From: a virus | Length of the DNA: 64,000 nucleotides | Direction: 5' to 3' (one strand) | Virus record (IMG/VR): IMGVR_UViG_3300035189_000033 | Span: 1-64,000 of that record | Shown here: positions 49,201-57,200 of the stretch, piece after piece | Layout of the letters: each line of letters begins with the position of its first letter | Numbering within the stretch: the stretch's first letter is position 1 | Program-made: the position numbers and the translations under genes | The notes under the pieces: model-generated | The model's input: only the letters and a program-made list of their open reading frames with translations | Databases searched by the model: none | What the model was told of the DNA's origin: nothing

Positions 49201-52200
49201 CAACTTCTTCGAGGCGCCGCGCATTGAGATCTACGACCCCGCAAGCGGGGAAGTGGTAGACTGGGTAACCGGATTGACGGTGCTGCGCATCGCCAATGAA
49301 CTGAACCAGCGGCGCCAAAAACAACAATCCTGGGCGACTGACGCCGCCGAGAAAATGGCGTCGATCCCCGCGCTGGAAGCCGCTGGCAAGCAGGATTTCC
49401 CGCAGCAGGAAAAGCTGACCAAGTTGCGCCAGCAGCTTGCCAAGCTGGAAGACGACCTACAGGCCAATCCAAACCCGCCGCCGTCCTGGCTGCGCAACGG
49501 CGCGCCGATCGACACCGATATCTACGTGGATGGAGAGCCCCGCACGGTGCGTGGGCATCGGGTGGTGGACGACTATTTCCTGGTCACCGACGAGGGCGAA
49601 GTGCCCTACCTGGCGGCGATGGACGCCAACGGGCTGCGGATGTTCACGGTTCACGAGCCGCCGCAGGTCGTGTCGCGGGAAACGCCAGACTGGGTGAAGC
49701 CGCATCTCGAAGCGACCAAGGGCGTCTCCGAGGGTGACCCGCATGTCTGGCACGGCGAACTGGTCTGGCACAACCGCGACCTGGCGCTGATAAGGGGCAC
49801 CACGAACCTGTGGGGGCCGGACGAAACGGCGTTCCTGGGGTTCAAGAAGGGCGTTCCTGCCGAGCCGGGCCGCAACCTCATCGGCATGATGTCGCCGAAG
49901 GGTTTCAAGCCGCAGGAGTGGGAGCGGCTGGGTGAAGCGCGCGACGACTACGTTGCCCGCGAGGCGAACAAGGCGGCGCTGGCGGCCGCGGCACAGCCGA
50001 CGCCCGCGAGCGGGTTCCAGCCGACGCCGGGCCTGGACTGGACGGTGGATGAGACTGAGCGTTGGGTGCGCGGGCTGCCGCGGGGCGGGCTGGCCGAGGG
50101 ATCTGGGGGCATCTCCGTGCCGCTCTACAGCGCGGTGCAGCGGGCGGCCGACGCGCTGAAGCAGGCCAAGGGCACCGGCCAGCAGATGCTGGCGCAGATC
50201 GTCAAGACGCCCGGGGTGAAGCCGGAAGAGATCGAGTGGATGGGGCTCGATGATTGGCTGAAGTCGCAGCCCAGCGTGACCAAGCAGCAGATCCAGGATT
50301 TCGTCGCGGCGAACCGGCTGGAGGTGCGGGAAGTCACCAAAGGCGACTATCGGGCCCGGCTTGAACCGGCGCACACAGCGGTCAGTGAAGCTGCCGACCG
50401 GCGACAGATCGCGGCCGAACGGCTGGAGCGCGGCGTGGATCAGAACGGCTACACGGTCGAGATCGACGGCGAGCGCTTGTATCATGACGAGATCATGCGC
50501 GGGCTTGCTGATGGCGCAATCAAGCCGGGCGATTTGCCCGTGGCGCACGGGTTACGTTCCCGTGCCGCGCTTTTTGTCGAGGCTGTCGCCGACGAAGCGC
50601 AGGCCGAGGCCAAGCTGAAGCAGGCGCAAGAGCGGGTCAGAGCCAACCCAGACCCAACCAAGTTCGGAGGCTGGCTGGCGCCGTTCCAGCCCACGGACCA
50701 ATACCGCGAGATCGTATTCACTTTGCCGGCGCCAGAACCGTCGCCTGCTGGCGACATTGAGAGGCTACAGAACGGTAAGTTTCGGGTTACTTACGGCGGA
50801 TCGGGTGACGTGTTTGCTACGCGGGCTGAAGCCGAAGCGGAAACCCGGCGACTGGGCGAAATCTTCAACAAAACAAATGATTCACGGGTTTTTCGTGGTG
50901 GGCATTGGAGCGAACGGAACGTCGTGGCGCATGTCCGCTTCGATGTAGTCGAGGCGCCGGACGGCGCGCGCGTGCTGATGGTCCACGAGGTGCAAAGCGA
51001 TTGGCATCAGGCGGGTCGAAAGAAAGGCTACCAGACTGGCGAAAAGCCCAAGGGCGCGGGCAATTTCATGGACTGGACCGCGCGCCAGGGGATCAGCGCG
51101 GACGACGCGGGCCGGATCTGGGAATACCGAGAAAAGGGCGACCCCAACACGCCTGACAACGTGATCTACGCGCGCTGGCGGCAAGAGAGCGACGCGGCGA
51201 TCGCCGCCATCGATCGCTGGAACCATGCGGTGCCGGATGCGCCATACAAGACCACGTGGCCTACGCTGGTGATGCGGCGGACGATCAAATACGCCGTGGA
51301 CAACGGCTTCGACCGGATCGCGTGGTCGCCGGGTGCGGTGCATGCGGATCGCTACGACCTGTCCAAGCAGATCAGCCGCGTCGAATATGACCAAAGCCCC
51401 AACAACCCCGAGGGGGGCTCATTCAAGGCGTTCGATAAGAGCGGCAGAGCGGTTATCAACCGCTACGCCAAGACGGCCGAACTGCCAGACATGATCGGCA
51501 AGGCGGCGGCTGACAAACTGCTGGCGCAAAAGCCCGAAGGCGACGGCATCACACGGGGCAACAGTCTGAAGCGAACGCTTCGCGGCCTCGATCTGAAAGT
51601 CGGCGGCGAGGGGATGACCGGCTTCTACGACGACATTCTGCCCAAGACGGTGCAGAAGATCGTCGGCAAATACGGCGCCAGGGTGGGCAAGAGCGAGATA
51701 CCGACGGGCGGCGGCAATGCTGCGGCGCGTGCCGAGTATGCCCAGGAGATTGAGGACATCGAGGCCGCTATCGTCCACAACGAAGCGGCCGGCGCCGAAG
51801 AGCACTACCTCGACCAACTGCGGGACCAGTTGGCAGAGGTTGAAGCCCAGATGATGCAGGACACAATGGATCGTTCCGCGCAGCCCGGCGCGTCCGCCGT
51901 CCACTCCTTCGACATCACGCCGGCGCTGCGTGACGCGGTGCGGACTGAGGGGATGGCGCTGTTCGAGCGCAAGCCGGGTGGTGCGGATAGGCCAGCCAGC
52001 CCGGCGCCGGCGACGAAACCAACCTGGGCGACGCCGCTGGCCAGCGATATCAACGGCACTGTGGCATGGCAGAGCAAGGGGCTGGCGCTAATCCAAGGGC
52101 ACTCGATCAGCGGCAAACGCATCTACGTGCCGGCCAAGGAAGGCATCGGCCGCGCCAGCGTGGATCTCGACAGCTACACCGGGAAGCACTTCACGCCGGA

Positions 52201-53284
52201 CGAACTTGCCCGCCTGAAAGCGGCGCGTGACAAGGTCGCCGCCGCCGAAGCAAGGCAATTGGCGAAACGCCAGTCAGCCAGCAACCGCGTTTCGCCATGG
52301 CCCGACGGTGGCGCCAACTTCACCGATCTGCTGCATGAAGCGCCCGAGCAGGGCCACGGCGAAGCCGGTGACTGGACCCGCCAGAAGGGCATCGACACCA
52401 ACCACGAGCACATCGCGGTGGTGGATAATGCGACTGGGCGGATTGTGCATGCCGGGACGAACAATCAGCGCCGTGAGGTGGATTTTCCGCACGCCAATGT
52501 CGCCGGCACCACCGACACCGTCACCCTGCATCACAACCATCCGAACAGCACGGGACAGTCGCGGGAAGATACCGTGTTCATGGCAAACCCCGGCGTGAGC
52601 CACATGGTTGTGCATGGGCACGACGGATCAACATCGATCACGACGCTGGGGCCGAATGCCGGGTTTGTGCGGTCCGCTGATGATATCGCCGCGAACGGCA
52701 AGACCCTGGGTGCGGCGTATGACCGGGCTGACGCGACATCCCACCAAGTGCTGCGCGAGCGGGTTATCGCGGGCGACGTCAGCGAAGATGTGGCCGGACA
52801 GTTCCGCGCGGAAGTTGCCAACCGCTTGCTGAACGCAGAGGGTATAATCAGCTACGTGTCTACCCGAGAACTGGTGCCCGCGATCAAACTGGCTGTGGGC
52901 AAGAAACTAAGGAGTCTAGGCTACGATGAGCGGCAGATTGATCGATCCACCGGACGAGTTCGCCCCGAAGAGCGAGTTGCAAGCCTTCCTCGACCAGTAC
53001 AAGGCGGACCCGGACCCGAACGTGAAGCGGATGGTGCAGCAGGTAACGGGGTACTTGCAGGACAAGGACAAACCGATGTCGCAGCGCCGCCAGATCAGCC
53101 CAGCAGACCAGATGCAGCCCCGCAAGAGGCGGTAGGCGGCGACAAAAGCGGTATCCGCAACGCGCTGCGCTGGATCACCGGCCGTGCGCCGAAGCGTGGC
53201 GGGCTTGCCGAGACGCCGAACGCCCTGGCCGCTATAGCCGCACGCCCGGCGCGTCCCTCGAACAATGCCCTCGCGAGGCTGTGA
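40235..53284 (+). CDS. Giant (~4,350 aa) DarB-like polyvalent virion protein: adenine MTase, SNF2-type helicase and C-terminal effector domains
   Basis: NAHYT, VLEPSMGVGNF, IGNWPF (MTase); HEVGTGKS, VDEAHEFK, TGTPVTN, PWRPGDLEQRNGR (helicase); EVQSDWHQ domain; HNHP..S..D JAB-like domain; AGGAG SD. Confidence 0.9.
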   Translation: MPLDGADDGAWLVPDKPVGKAPRAPDFDLIPDPPAKQAAADDSGDWLVPDRPRAAVAQPAAQPAALAPAQPAARPASAQTAPVQQMPPLDELGIGQLGPQTGAPPGQKPVEVGQPGVNMLAAIAQGAKAGWQGGAFQEQPGLVDAELQTLKTPVYGSGPTAMPGFAAVPAVTGLAGHVINQALGALGGGFTSGVVQAGEEVGPKLGGPQLARDYLGYLQAIGNEIGMGGVFAPKTIAEAESGANTRIFRGGSPGPGDSPGRVLNWDVIEQRPPAPPARSVPGVKRSEVDIQLESDAFLIAHPETAAIYDKYHGEGAAQKVLDAAAKKPEGGKPQATTPTAASAAPAKPAEEPPKPSASDDTVKTATKPTGPTAPKIRTISQIQKEDGVGYNEAARRRDAEKLVAQLVSSAAAPTAADAGTPAPDGAPAAGDTGTVTTSETRPTKLKPGQRFHEYPDSALVADGLREGDEITTSAGDKFTVLGVFAHNRNRPDLGNRIDIRWDNGKEVSFKPRDLESVLVPHYYYDANTGERKLGEGATIQRAKAAAEDAATGGKGTSDEPPVATAADSATTAPAPADAGTAPPAPRPVSQIQAEDGVPLGTAVQTHEAEKLAAEQALTTTEQPKADEPDLENAHEGPWEAAGTNAEGETVYRNPKGRLATFDAGVPWLGAADGSDDDNKRLKVVKPVEAAAAPEPRPVEQIQAEDGVGLGAAVQTHEEEKEAAKKAEQEAAGETEKPEKKPAAKKAKPAAAEPEDEAPAEPAAEPSGDQKTPGKSGIKANEKPQQTQPAQSPSGSLVMAPIGDDYFPPVQSGQKLRTQSGRDITVPTFSSGSNRADNLARRKLNAWLADETRKEVAASGADSYLAGIVAGMNPKNMSQTDRDTASDILFGADGPKAAPKAEPAKKPAAAPEAAAPATPVTKPFTSQDIGTKVRPKPGSGLDPVKNAGIISHVQTSPQGPKISVNGGPHFLGSDFERVPEAIPVTPEALHDRIIAQLQADTRLQAVLSNAEESPDGARETVRKAYRAALGQMLADADMPDLHAIAAASDALRDRPIGMDDVREITAARPGAAPEPAAEATGTPTTDAKPAAPAPAATRTITPEEPTYDPKDEDQRNAPVGEFGWRDLGGGYDYRFGETGDDRVRRRFIQVRILDNYNDPTDWFTWNTVRAESLDMTLQAPLVHSYVRKGRDGEMEPDEVWPEHGPEIEHRLREAAKQQGDQQGLPAPDLQTPGGSAISETQESADGDRPDSAEVGEPTGGGPRASGAGARKPKGNRPAATLAPESAEDDAPAGLSGDGGEAGVRPGSEAVGGAPAVHSGGDAATGRGGTGDEGVVPDGAGGRTPNPAVTRPNFHIDDPKRIIGGTGPKQRFARNRAALKALEDIQAEGRDPTQEELETMAGFIGWGSFGQEVFQGSFERQPYRDGWEEEGRWLREHLGKEAWDSARDSIRNAHYTDPPTVAAMWDMVRHMGFWGGRVLEPSMGVGNFFGLMPRDLMGQSDLTGIEKEKTTGEMAKLLYPHAGIHVRGYEESKTADNFYDLVIGNWPFAAQSPPDRRYDRLSPSLHNYFFLKALDQVRPGGLVVGITSNGTMDSAGRAARLEMAKKGKLIAAFRLPSGAFKDYAGTSVVADIIILQKRAQPLANAVDEPWIDATEMSTGHGDIRVNRYFQDHPENVLGTLDWGHGTTSGRPGMIVHRPDDLEQRLQALAATLPTDAYQPVIRGKEPRFLVNNTTDRHGSIVIGDDGHLYQVQGERLTRLDDLKSGMTTGPAKVVKAREDQVRRMVAMRKAYGALIDAERDGKPEADTLRKSLKAQYDQFRAEHGPIGKSDGLRVLDRMKDPGRSAVESLERPDGTPSPILTEPTVRSRRSLENPSIADAFVLARNEQANFDLDRVAELTAKPRAAVEDVLLDQGAIMRTPGGGFEATDDYLSGNVRRKLREAKEALAAGDEKMQPSIDALTKVLPPDTPYYNIEAKLGATWVGDDAYRSFIGDLLNLTPDQRAGVDVRFTGSRWRVRFGDRAINGKAEARTVHGHEDYPFNQLIMAAMGNRSVKITYRDDDNVKHTDDKATEEVNAKVQDLKEKFTDWAWSDPERKVAFEQAFNETMNAIAKPRFDGSFMDMSGMALRRGNDPFSMRRHQLNAIWRGVALGRGLFAHEVGTGKSYTMAGIAVEGRRYGKFRKPVVFAHGANSAAVAQEFQDMYPGGKFFYISTLKPDQIATSLRRIANEDWDAVIMPHSLIDRMALTKPTLVALAAEQIAELENAAIEAAAEDDITLTPEEIYSLIEESKTDKKAMGRLRSPTAKDVVRQIQSLLNNIEKQASRASKEDAVPFEQLGIDAILVDEAHEFKKPPFATAMKMRGLNTQSSDRSIALDFLTKYVKANNAGKGVFLFTGTPVTNTLNEIFNMARYFMDDRMADAGIKEWDAWFNTFADATNDIELTSTGEIEPVKRLAAFNNVDELVRQMSEFVDVVQAKDMPEFKPRPTPSGKTLTSPDLTAEELDFLMNGRTLKPEGRPYVKVMTDVGEMSPAQVDILDELRELAREFKTADGKQKKEWMQEGDERVPIRIETNSANTGIDPRLYNPDAPDTEDSKINRIVRNVLRHYGEPDAAQAIFLDRGFNPVKSSEGRASRFVVVDELIAKLVEGGIPREQIAVVAGGMKAEKKKEIADGMNSGKYRIAIGQSGTLGVGVNMQERLRAIHHFDAPWRPGDLEQRNGRMNRQGNTWNMAYEYRYVTEGIDGRRWQVLQVKDKFIKAFIAAFNDTSGKRIGNIEGDAADMSEDEDFSKTLSAAAGDPRIMIRAKYKADVERLQRRERLHTRGQAEAIQLARSRRPIAQRLQEQAAAQGRYADRWEASVARAAKAAEADGDDRKWYEIDGDKAQAAAKIANLETSLAGWDDQIAKARKALQEAKTANNRFEHIERRLDRLIGAKNRAQAAVETVRSTGRWFDTGADLQDTLDKAITEVARGEKRKLATVGGFDIVGNWSSPFNFFEAPRIEIYDPASGEVVDWVTGLTVLRIANELNQRRQKQQSWATDAAEKMASIPALEAAGKQDFPQQEKLTKLRQQLAKLEDDLQANPNPPPSWLRNGAPIDTDIYVDGEPRTVRGHRVVDDYFLVTDEGEVPYLAAMDANGLRMFTVHEPPQVVSRETPDWVKPHLEATKGVSEGDPHVWHGELVWHNRDLALIRGTTNLWGPDETAFLGFKKGVPAEPGRNLIGMMSPKGFKPQEWERLGEARDDYVAREANKAALAAAAQPTPASGFQPTPGLDWTVDETERWVRGLPRGGLAEGSGGISVPLYSAVQRAADALKQAKGTGQQMLAQIVKTPGVKPEEIEWMGLDDWLKSQPSVTKQQIQDFVAANRLEVREVTKGDYRARLEPAHTAVSEAADRRQIAAERLERGVDQNGYTVEIDGERLYHDEIMRGLADGAIKPGDLPVAHGLRSRAALFVEAVADEAQAEAKLKQAQERVRANPDPTKFGGWLAPFQPTDQYREIVFTLPAPEPSPAGDIERLQNGKFRVTYGGSGDVFATRAEAEAETRRLGEIFNKTNDSRVFRGGHWSERNVVAHVRFDVVEAPDGARVLMVHEVQSDWHQAGRKKGYQTGEKPKGAGNFMDWTARQGISADDAGRIWEYREKGDPNTPDNVIYARWRQESDAAIAAIDRWNHAVPDAPYKTTWPTLVMRRTIKYAVDNGFDRIAWSPGAVHADRYDLSKQISRVEYDQSPNNPEGGSFKAFDKSGRAVINRYAKTAELPDMIGKAAADKLLAQKPEGDGITRGNSLKRTLRGLDLKVGGEGMTGFYDDILPKTVQKIVGKYGARVGKSEIPTGGGNAAARAEYAQEIEDIEAAIVHNEAAGAEEHYLDQLRDQLAEVEAQMMQDTMDRSAQPGASAVHSFDITPALRDAVRTEGMALFERKPGGADRPASPAPATKPTWATPLASDINGTVAWQSKGLALIQGHSISGKRIYVPAKEGIGRASVDLDSYTGKHFTPDELARLKAARDKVAAAEARQLAKRQSASNRVSPWPDGGANFTDLLHEAPEQGHGEAGDWTRQKGIDTNHEHIAVVDNATGRIVHAGTNNQRREVDFPHANVAGTTDTVTLHHNHPNSTGQSREDTVFMANPGVSHMVVHGHDGSTSITTLGPNAGFVRSADDIAANGKTLGAAYDRADATSHQVLRERVIAGDVSEDVAGQFRAEVANRLLNAEGIISYVSTRELVPAIKLAVGKKLRSLGYDERQIDRSTGRVRPEERVASLPRPVQGGPGPEREADGAAGNGVLAGQGQTDVAAPPDQPSRPDAAPQEAVGGDKSGIRNALRWITGRAPKRGGLAETPNALAAIAARPARPSNNALARL
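43916..43944 (+). promoter_or_regulatory. internal sigma70-like promoter for nested ORF 1
   Basis: TTGCAA-N17-CATATC, then AGGAG (43953) and ATG (43965). Confidence 0.55.
43965..44315 (+). CDS. Nested +1-frame gene 1 (116 aa, TnpV/DUF1896-like helical protein)
   Basis: AGGAG SD; mostly G/C-ending codons; globular-looking sequence while the host frame is low complexity. Confidence 0.75.
   Translation: MAIDPTVLKWVNRQVADLAHRGLVPGSPRETDLLQHWLQNRPKMMHRLDSAGMAEKLAFVLDQKRWEARQQYIAAGMPPPDAEEQAMREWCLMEPEDEPQTQPLPAPISTLTTQSE
52926..53135 (+). CDS. Nested +1-frame gene 2 (69 aa, candidate immunity protein)
   Basis: TAAGGAG SD at 52908; TATAAT at 52843; G/C-ending codons; LIDPPDEFAPKSELQAFL. Confidence 0.7.
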   Translation: MSGRLIDPPDEFAPKSELQAFLDQYKADPDPNVKRMVQQVTGYLQDKDKPMSQRRQISPADQMQPRKRR

Positions 53285-53318
53285 ATAACGCCGGCGACGG
53301 CGAGCCGGTCGAGGCGGC

Positions 53319-53735
53319 TTAGCCGTCCGCTATCGCCTCGTCGAACGTCCACGGGCACTGGGCCGGGAAGGTGCCTTCCGCCAGTCCGGTCTCGCGTTCC
53401 GCGATCATCACTGCATCGCCGTAGGCATCGGTGATGATGGCATCGAGAACGCCGCGCAGGCCGGGGTTCTGCGCCAGCACACGAGCGGCCCGGCGGCGCT
53501 GTTCGCGGATGGTGAGCCGCCAGATGTTGCCGCGCAGTCCCGGCTGGAACTGCCACTTCAGGAGATGCGCAAGCAGCACGGCGAGGCGGTTGGTCAACTG
53601 GTTCCGCTCGCTGCGGCCCATGCTCTCGATCTCCTCGGCAATGTTGGACCAGTCCAGTTCCGCGGCCTGCCCGGCGCGCAGCAGATGCGCCTGCTCGATG
53701 GTCCAACTGTAGAAATCGTCGTCATAGCTGGGCAT
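53319..53735 (-). CDS. DUF29 family protein
   Basis: YDDDFYSWTIEQAHLLR...LDWSNIAEEIESMGRSE...HLLKWQFQP...FPAQCPW; AGGAG SD. Confidence 0.9.
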   Translation of the reverse strand: MPSYDDDFYSWTIEQAHLLRAGQAAELDWSNIAEEIESMGRSERNQLTNRLAVLLAHLLKWQFQPGLRGNIWRLTIREQRRRAARVLAQNPGLRGVLDAIITDAYGDAVMIAERETGLAEGTFPAQCPWTFDEAIADG

Positions 53736-53822
53736 ATTTGAGAACTCCTGGCGCTTGCTGTCGGTGTCGGCGCGCAACTGCTCCTGCTGGATGCGCAGCG
53801 TGGTCGGCAGGAGAGGTGGCGC

Positions 53823-54191
53823 TCAAGGCAGTTTCCCCAGGATCGCGGCCAGCGTTTGCTCGATCCCGCCGAGCCGCTGGTCGATCGCGCCGAGCCGCTT
53901 GTCGATCGCGCCGAGCCGCTGGTCGATCGCGTCGAGGCGAACCGTGTGCTCCGATTGCGTGTCGGCAATTCGCATGATGGCCAGCGTATGAGCGCCTTGC
54001 CCGGCATACAGCGCCGACAGCCGCGCCTCGATGCCAACCAGCCGGCCCTCGACACTGCCCATTCGGATCTCGATGCCGCCCAGCCGATGACCGGCCTCGG
54101 ATTCCAGCAGTTTCGCCGACGCTGCGGCTGCCTCTGCCGCATGCTGCGCCTTTTGCAGTATGAGCAGGGGTAAATCCACGAGATCGCTCAT
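53823..54191 (-). CDS. coiled-coil hypothetical protein with 21-bp (DQRLGAI) repeats
   Basis: GGAGG SD; heptad repeats. Confidence 0.7.
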   Translation of the reverse strand: MSDLVDLPLLILQKAQHAAEAAAASAKLLESEAGHRLGGIEIRMGSVEGRLVGIEARLSALYAGQGAHTLAIMRIADTQSEHTVRLDAIDQRLGAIDKRLGAIDQRLGGIEQTLAAILGKLP

Positions 54192-54260
54192 CGTCCCTCC
54201 AAAACGGTAATATCGCCCAATCCCGTTGTTTCTCCTACTCACAAGACGCAAAGTTGCCCG

Positions 54261-57200
54261 ATGTCCGAGACCGATAGCATCCCGACCATGACGATCCGCC
54301 CCCGGCCCAAACAGGAGGGCGATGGCGGCACCAGCCCAACCGGCAAGCTGTCCTACGGCAACATGGTCCAGAAATGGAAAGCCCTCGGCTACTCCGACGG
54401 CGGGGCCCGCGGCATAGCCGACAACATGACCCGCGAGTCCGGCGGCGACCCCACCGCGATCGGCCCGGGCGGGGCGGCCATCGGCCTGTTCCAGCACGAA
54501 GGCCCACGCCGCGAGGCACTGGAGAAATTCGCCAAGGACCGTGGCACCAAGCCGACCGACCCCGACACGCAGATCGCGTTCGCCGATAACGAACTGAAAA
54601 CCGATTACCCGACGCTGCGGGAGCAACTGCAGAAGTCCACCGACCGCGCCGCCTCGGAAAACAGCTTCAAGCGGGTGTTCGAGCGGCCGAAATCGGTGCT
54701 GTGGGGCGAGCGGCCAAAGACCGAAACGCCCGATTTCCGGTTCTCGCCCTATGCCATGGCCGAGCACGCCAAGCGGCCGAACACCGACGTCGTGCTGATG
54801 GCGCCGGATGATTACCTCGACCTCGCACCGGCGCTGGGCGGGCGGCCGTTCGCCAATCCGGCCGGGCGCTCGCTGCTGGCCTCGGTGGACAAAGGCGAGC
54901 CGATCGAGGCGATCCCGACGCTGGATGTGGACGTCAAGGGCAACACCGGCACGGTGACCGACCAGGACGGGCGGCACCGGGCGTTGCTCGCCAAGCATGC
55001 GGGTGTCGATGCGATCCCGGTGGCGATCCAGAAGAACGGTGAGGGTGAGCCGACCGAACTGGCGGGCATGTCGGGGAAGGTGCTGCCCAATCGCTTTCCG
55101 AAGGTGCAGCAGCAGAAGCCCCAGCAGCGTTCGCTGCTTCAGCGCGCCGGAGACGCGATCATCCCGCGCGCCGAGGCGGCGGAACCGTCTGCCGGCGCGA
55201 CTGGACCGGCGGCAGAGGCATGGCCGGACGATCCGATCGTTGAGGGCGGCCCGCAGCAAGGCGCTGCTCCGCATGCGCCGGCTCCAGACAGCAACGAGCA
55301 ATGGCCGGATGATCCAATCGTTGAGGGCGGCGACAGCGCGGCGGCGGCCAAACCCGACGGGATGGCCCTCTCAGCGCTCAAGGGCGCGGGCTACGGTGTG
55401 GGCAAGACGGCGCTCGCCGGGCAGGAACTGCTGGGCGAGGGCTTGCGGGCGGTGGGCGTATCGAGCGTGGGCGGCTGGCTGGTCGACGATGCGCGCAAGG
55501 GCATGAAGCAGCTCGACCAGGACATCGCTCCGGATCAGGCGGCGCATCCCTACGCGACCGGCGCGGGCGAATTCGCCGGCGGCATGGCGGTGCCGATGGG
55601 TGCCGTCGGGCTTGGCGGCAAACTGCTTGGCCGCTATGCGCCCGCTATCGCGCGTGCCGGCGGCAATGCTCTCAAAGGCGCCGCGGCCGGCGGGGTGGTT
55701 GGCGCGCTGCAACCGGGCGATCCGGAGCATTACTGGGCCGACAAGGCCGGCGAAACCGCCCTCGGCGCTGGCCTCGGCGCGGCCGGCAACGCGCTGGCGG
55801 CGCAGGCATCCAGGCTGATCGCGCCGCGCATGCGACCAATCTATGAGTTCGTCGAGCGCGTCACTGGCAAACCCGCGTCGAAAAGCCCGGGCGCGATGTC
55901 GGTGATCAAGCGCATGGAGAGCGACCAGCGAGCCGGCGGGTCGACGGCGCAGGACATGCTCGACCTCGCGAACCAGACACCGGATAAGCCGCTGACCCTG
56001 GCTGATCTCGGCGGCCCGGAGGTGCGGGCGCTGGCGGGGCGTGTCGCCCGAGGACCAGGGGATGGCCGGGCGGTGATGACCAACTTCCTCAATGAGCGCG
56101 ATCGGGGCGCTGGCGCGCGGCTGGCGGGCGACGTCGACCGCGAAATCCAGCGCAAGTCAGCCTATGAGCAGGGCAAAGCCCTCGATCGCAGCCGTAAGAT
56201 CGCGGCGCAACCGCTTTACGACGGGGCGTACGCGCATCCGCCGATCAATCCCGATGAGATGCAGGGCAACGGGCGCATCGGCCGGCTGATGAACCGCCCG
56301 TCGTTCCGCGCAGGGATGCAGAATGCCATCAAGATATCGGCCGAAGAGGGGGTGCCGTTGAAGACGCTCGGGATTGATCTCGATGCGCAAGGCGTGCCGT
56401 TCTTCACCGAGGTTCCAACCTGGCGCACGCTCGATTACGTCAAGCGCGGGATGGATGACGTGATCGAGGAGTTCCGCAGTGACGTGACCGGCAGGCTGAA
56501 ACTGGACACCTATGGCCGCGCCGCAAACAACACCCGGACCGATTTCCGGGACACCCTGCGCGACCTCAATGGACCCTATGCCGCCGCTCTCGACGCTTAC
56601 TCAGGCCCCTCCACCAGCCTCGATGCGTTGCACGCCGGACAGGACTTTTTGCTGCGCAGCCCGGAAGAAATCGCCGACCGGATTGGGCGCTTCGGCGCAG
56701 GCGACCGCGAGTTTTTCAAGATCGGGGCGGCCGATACACTGCGCACCCGGATGGAAAAGAAGGGGGTTACGGCTGACGAAGCCAAGGCGATCGTGAACAG
56801 CCCGTACATGGCCCGCCAACTTAGACCCTTGTTCGAGAGCGATGCCGCGTTTAAGCGGTTCACGAACGCGGTGCAGGCAGAGGCTAAGATGTACGCCACC
56901 CGCTTCGATGTGCTGGGCGGATCGCAGACCGCCGCCCGCCGGGGCGAGGACACCTCGCCGGACCTCGAAGCGCTGGTCCAAATCGGGCGGGGCGCCCTGC
57001 ATGCCAAGACCGGCAACCTGCCCGCCGCCATGCAAAGCCTTTGGCGCGGGGCGAAAGCCTGGAAGTCCGGGCGTGATCCTGCGGTCAATGCCGGCATCGC
57101 CGATATCCTGACTCACCCCATCGCATCCGGCACAACCGGGCAGCGGATGAACGACTTCAAGACGTTCATGGCGGCGCTGCCGACCACCCGGGCGCACATG

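Noticed and set aside
46868-49327. 819-aa antisense ORF (also 40955-42589, 44363-45697, 15943-17337, 14360-15604)
   Set aside because: Antisense shadows of high-GC genes. They have no SD or recognisable motifs, and codon bias belongs to the + strand gene, unlike the two nested +1 ORFs.
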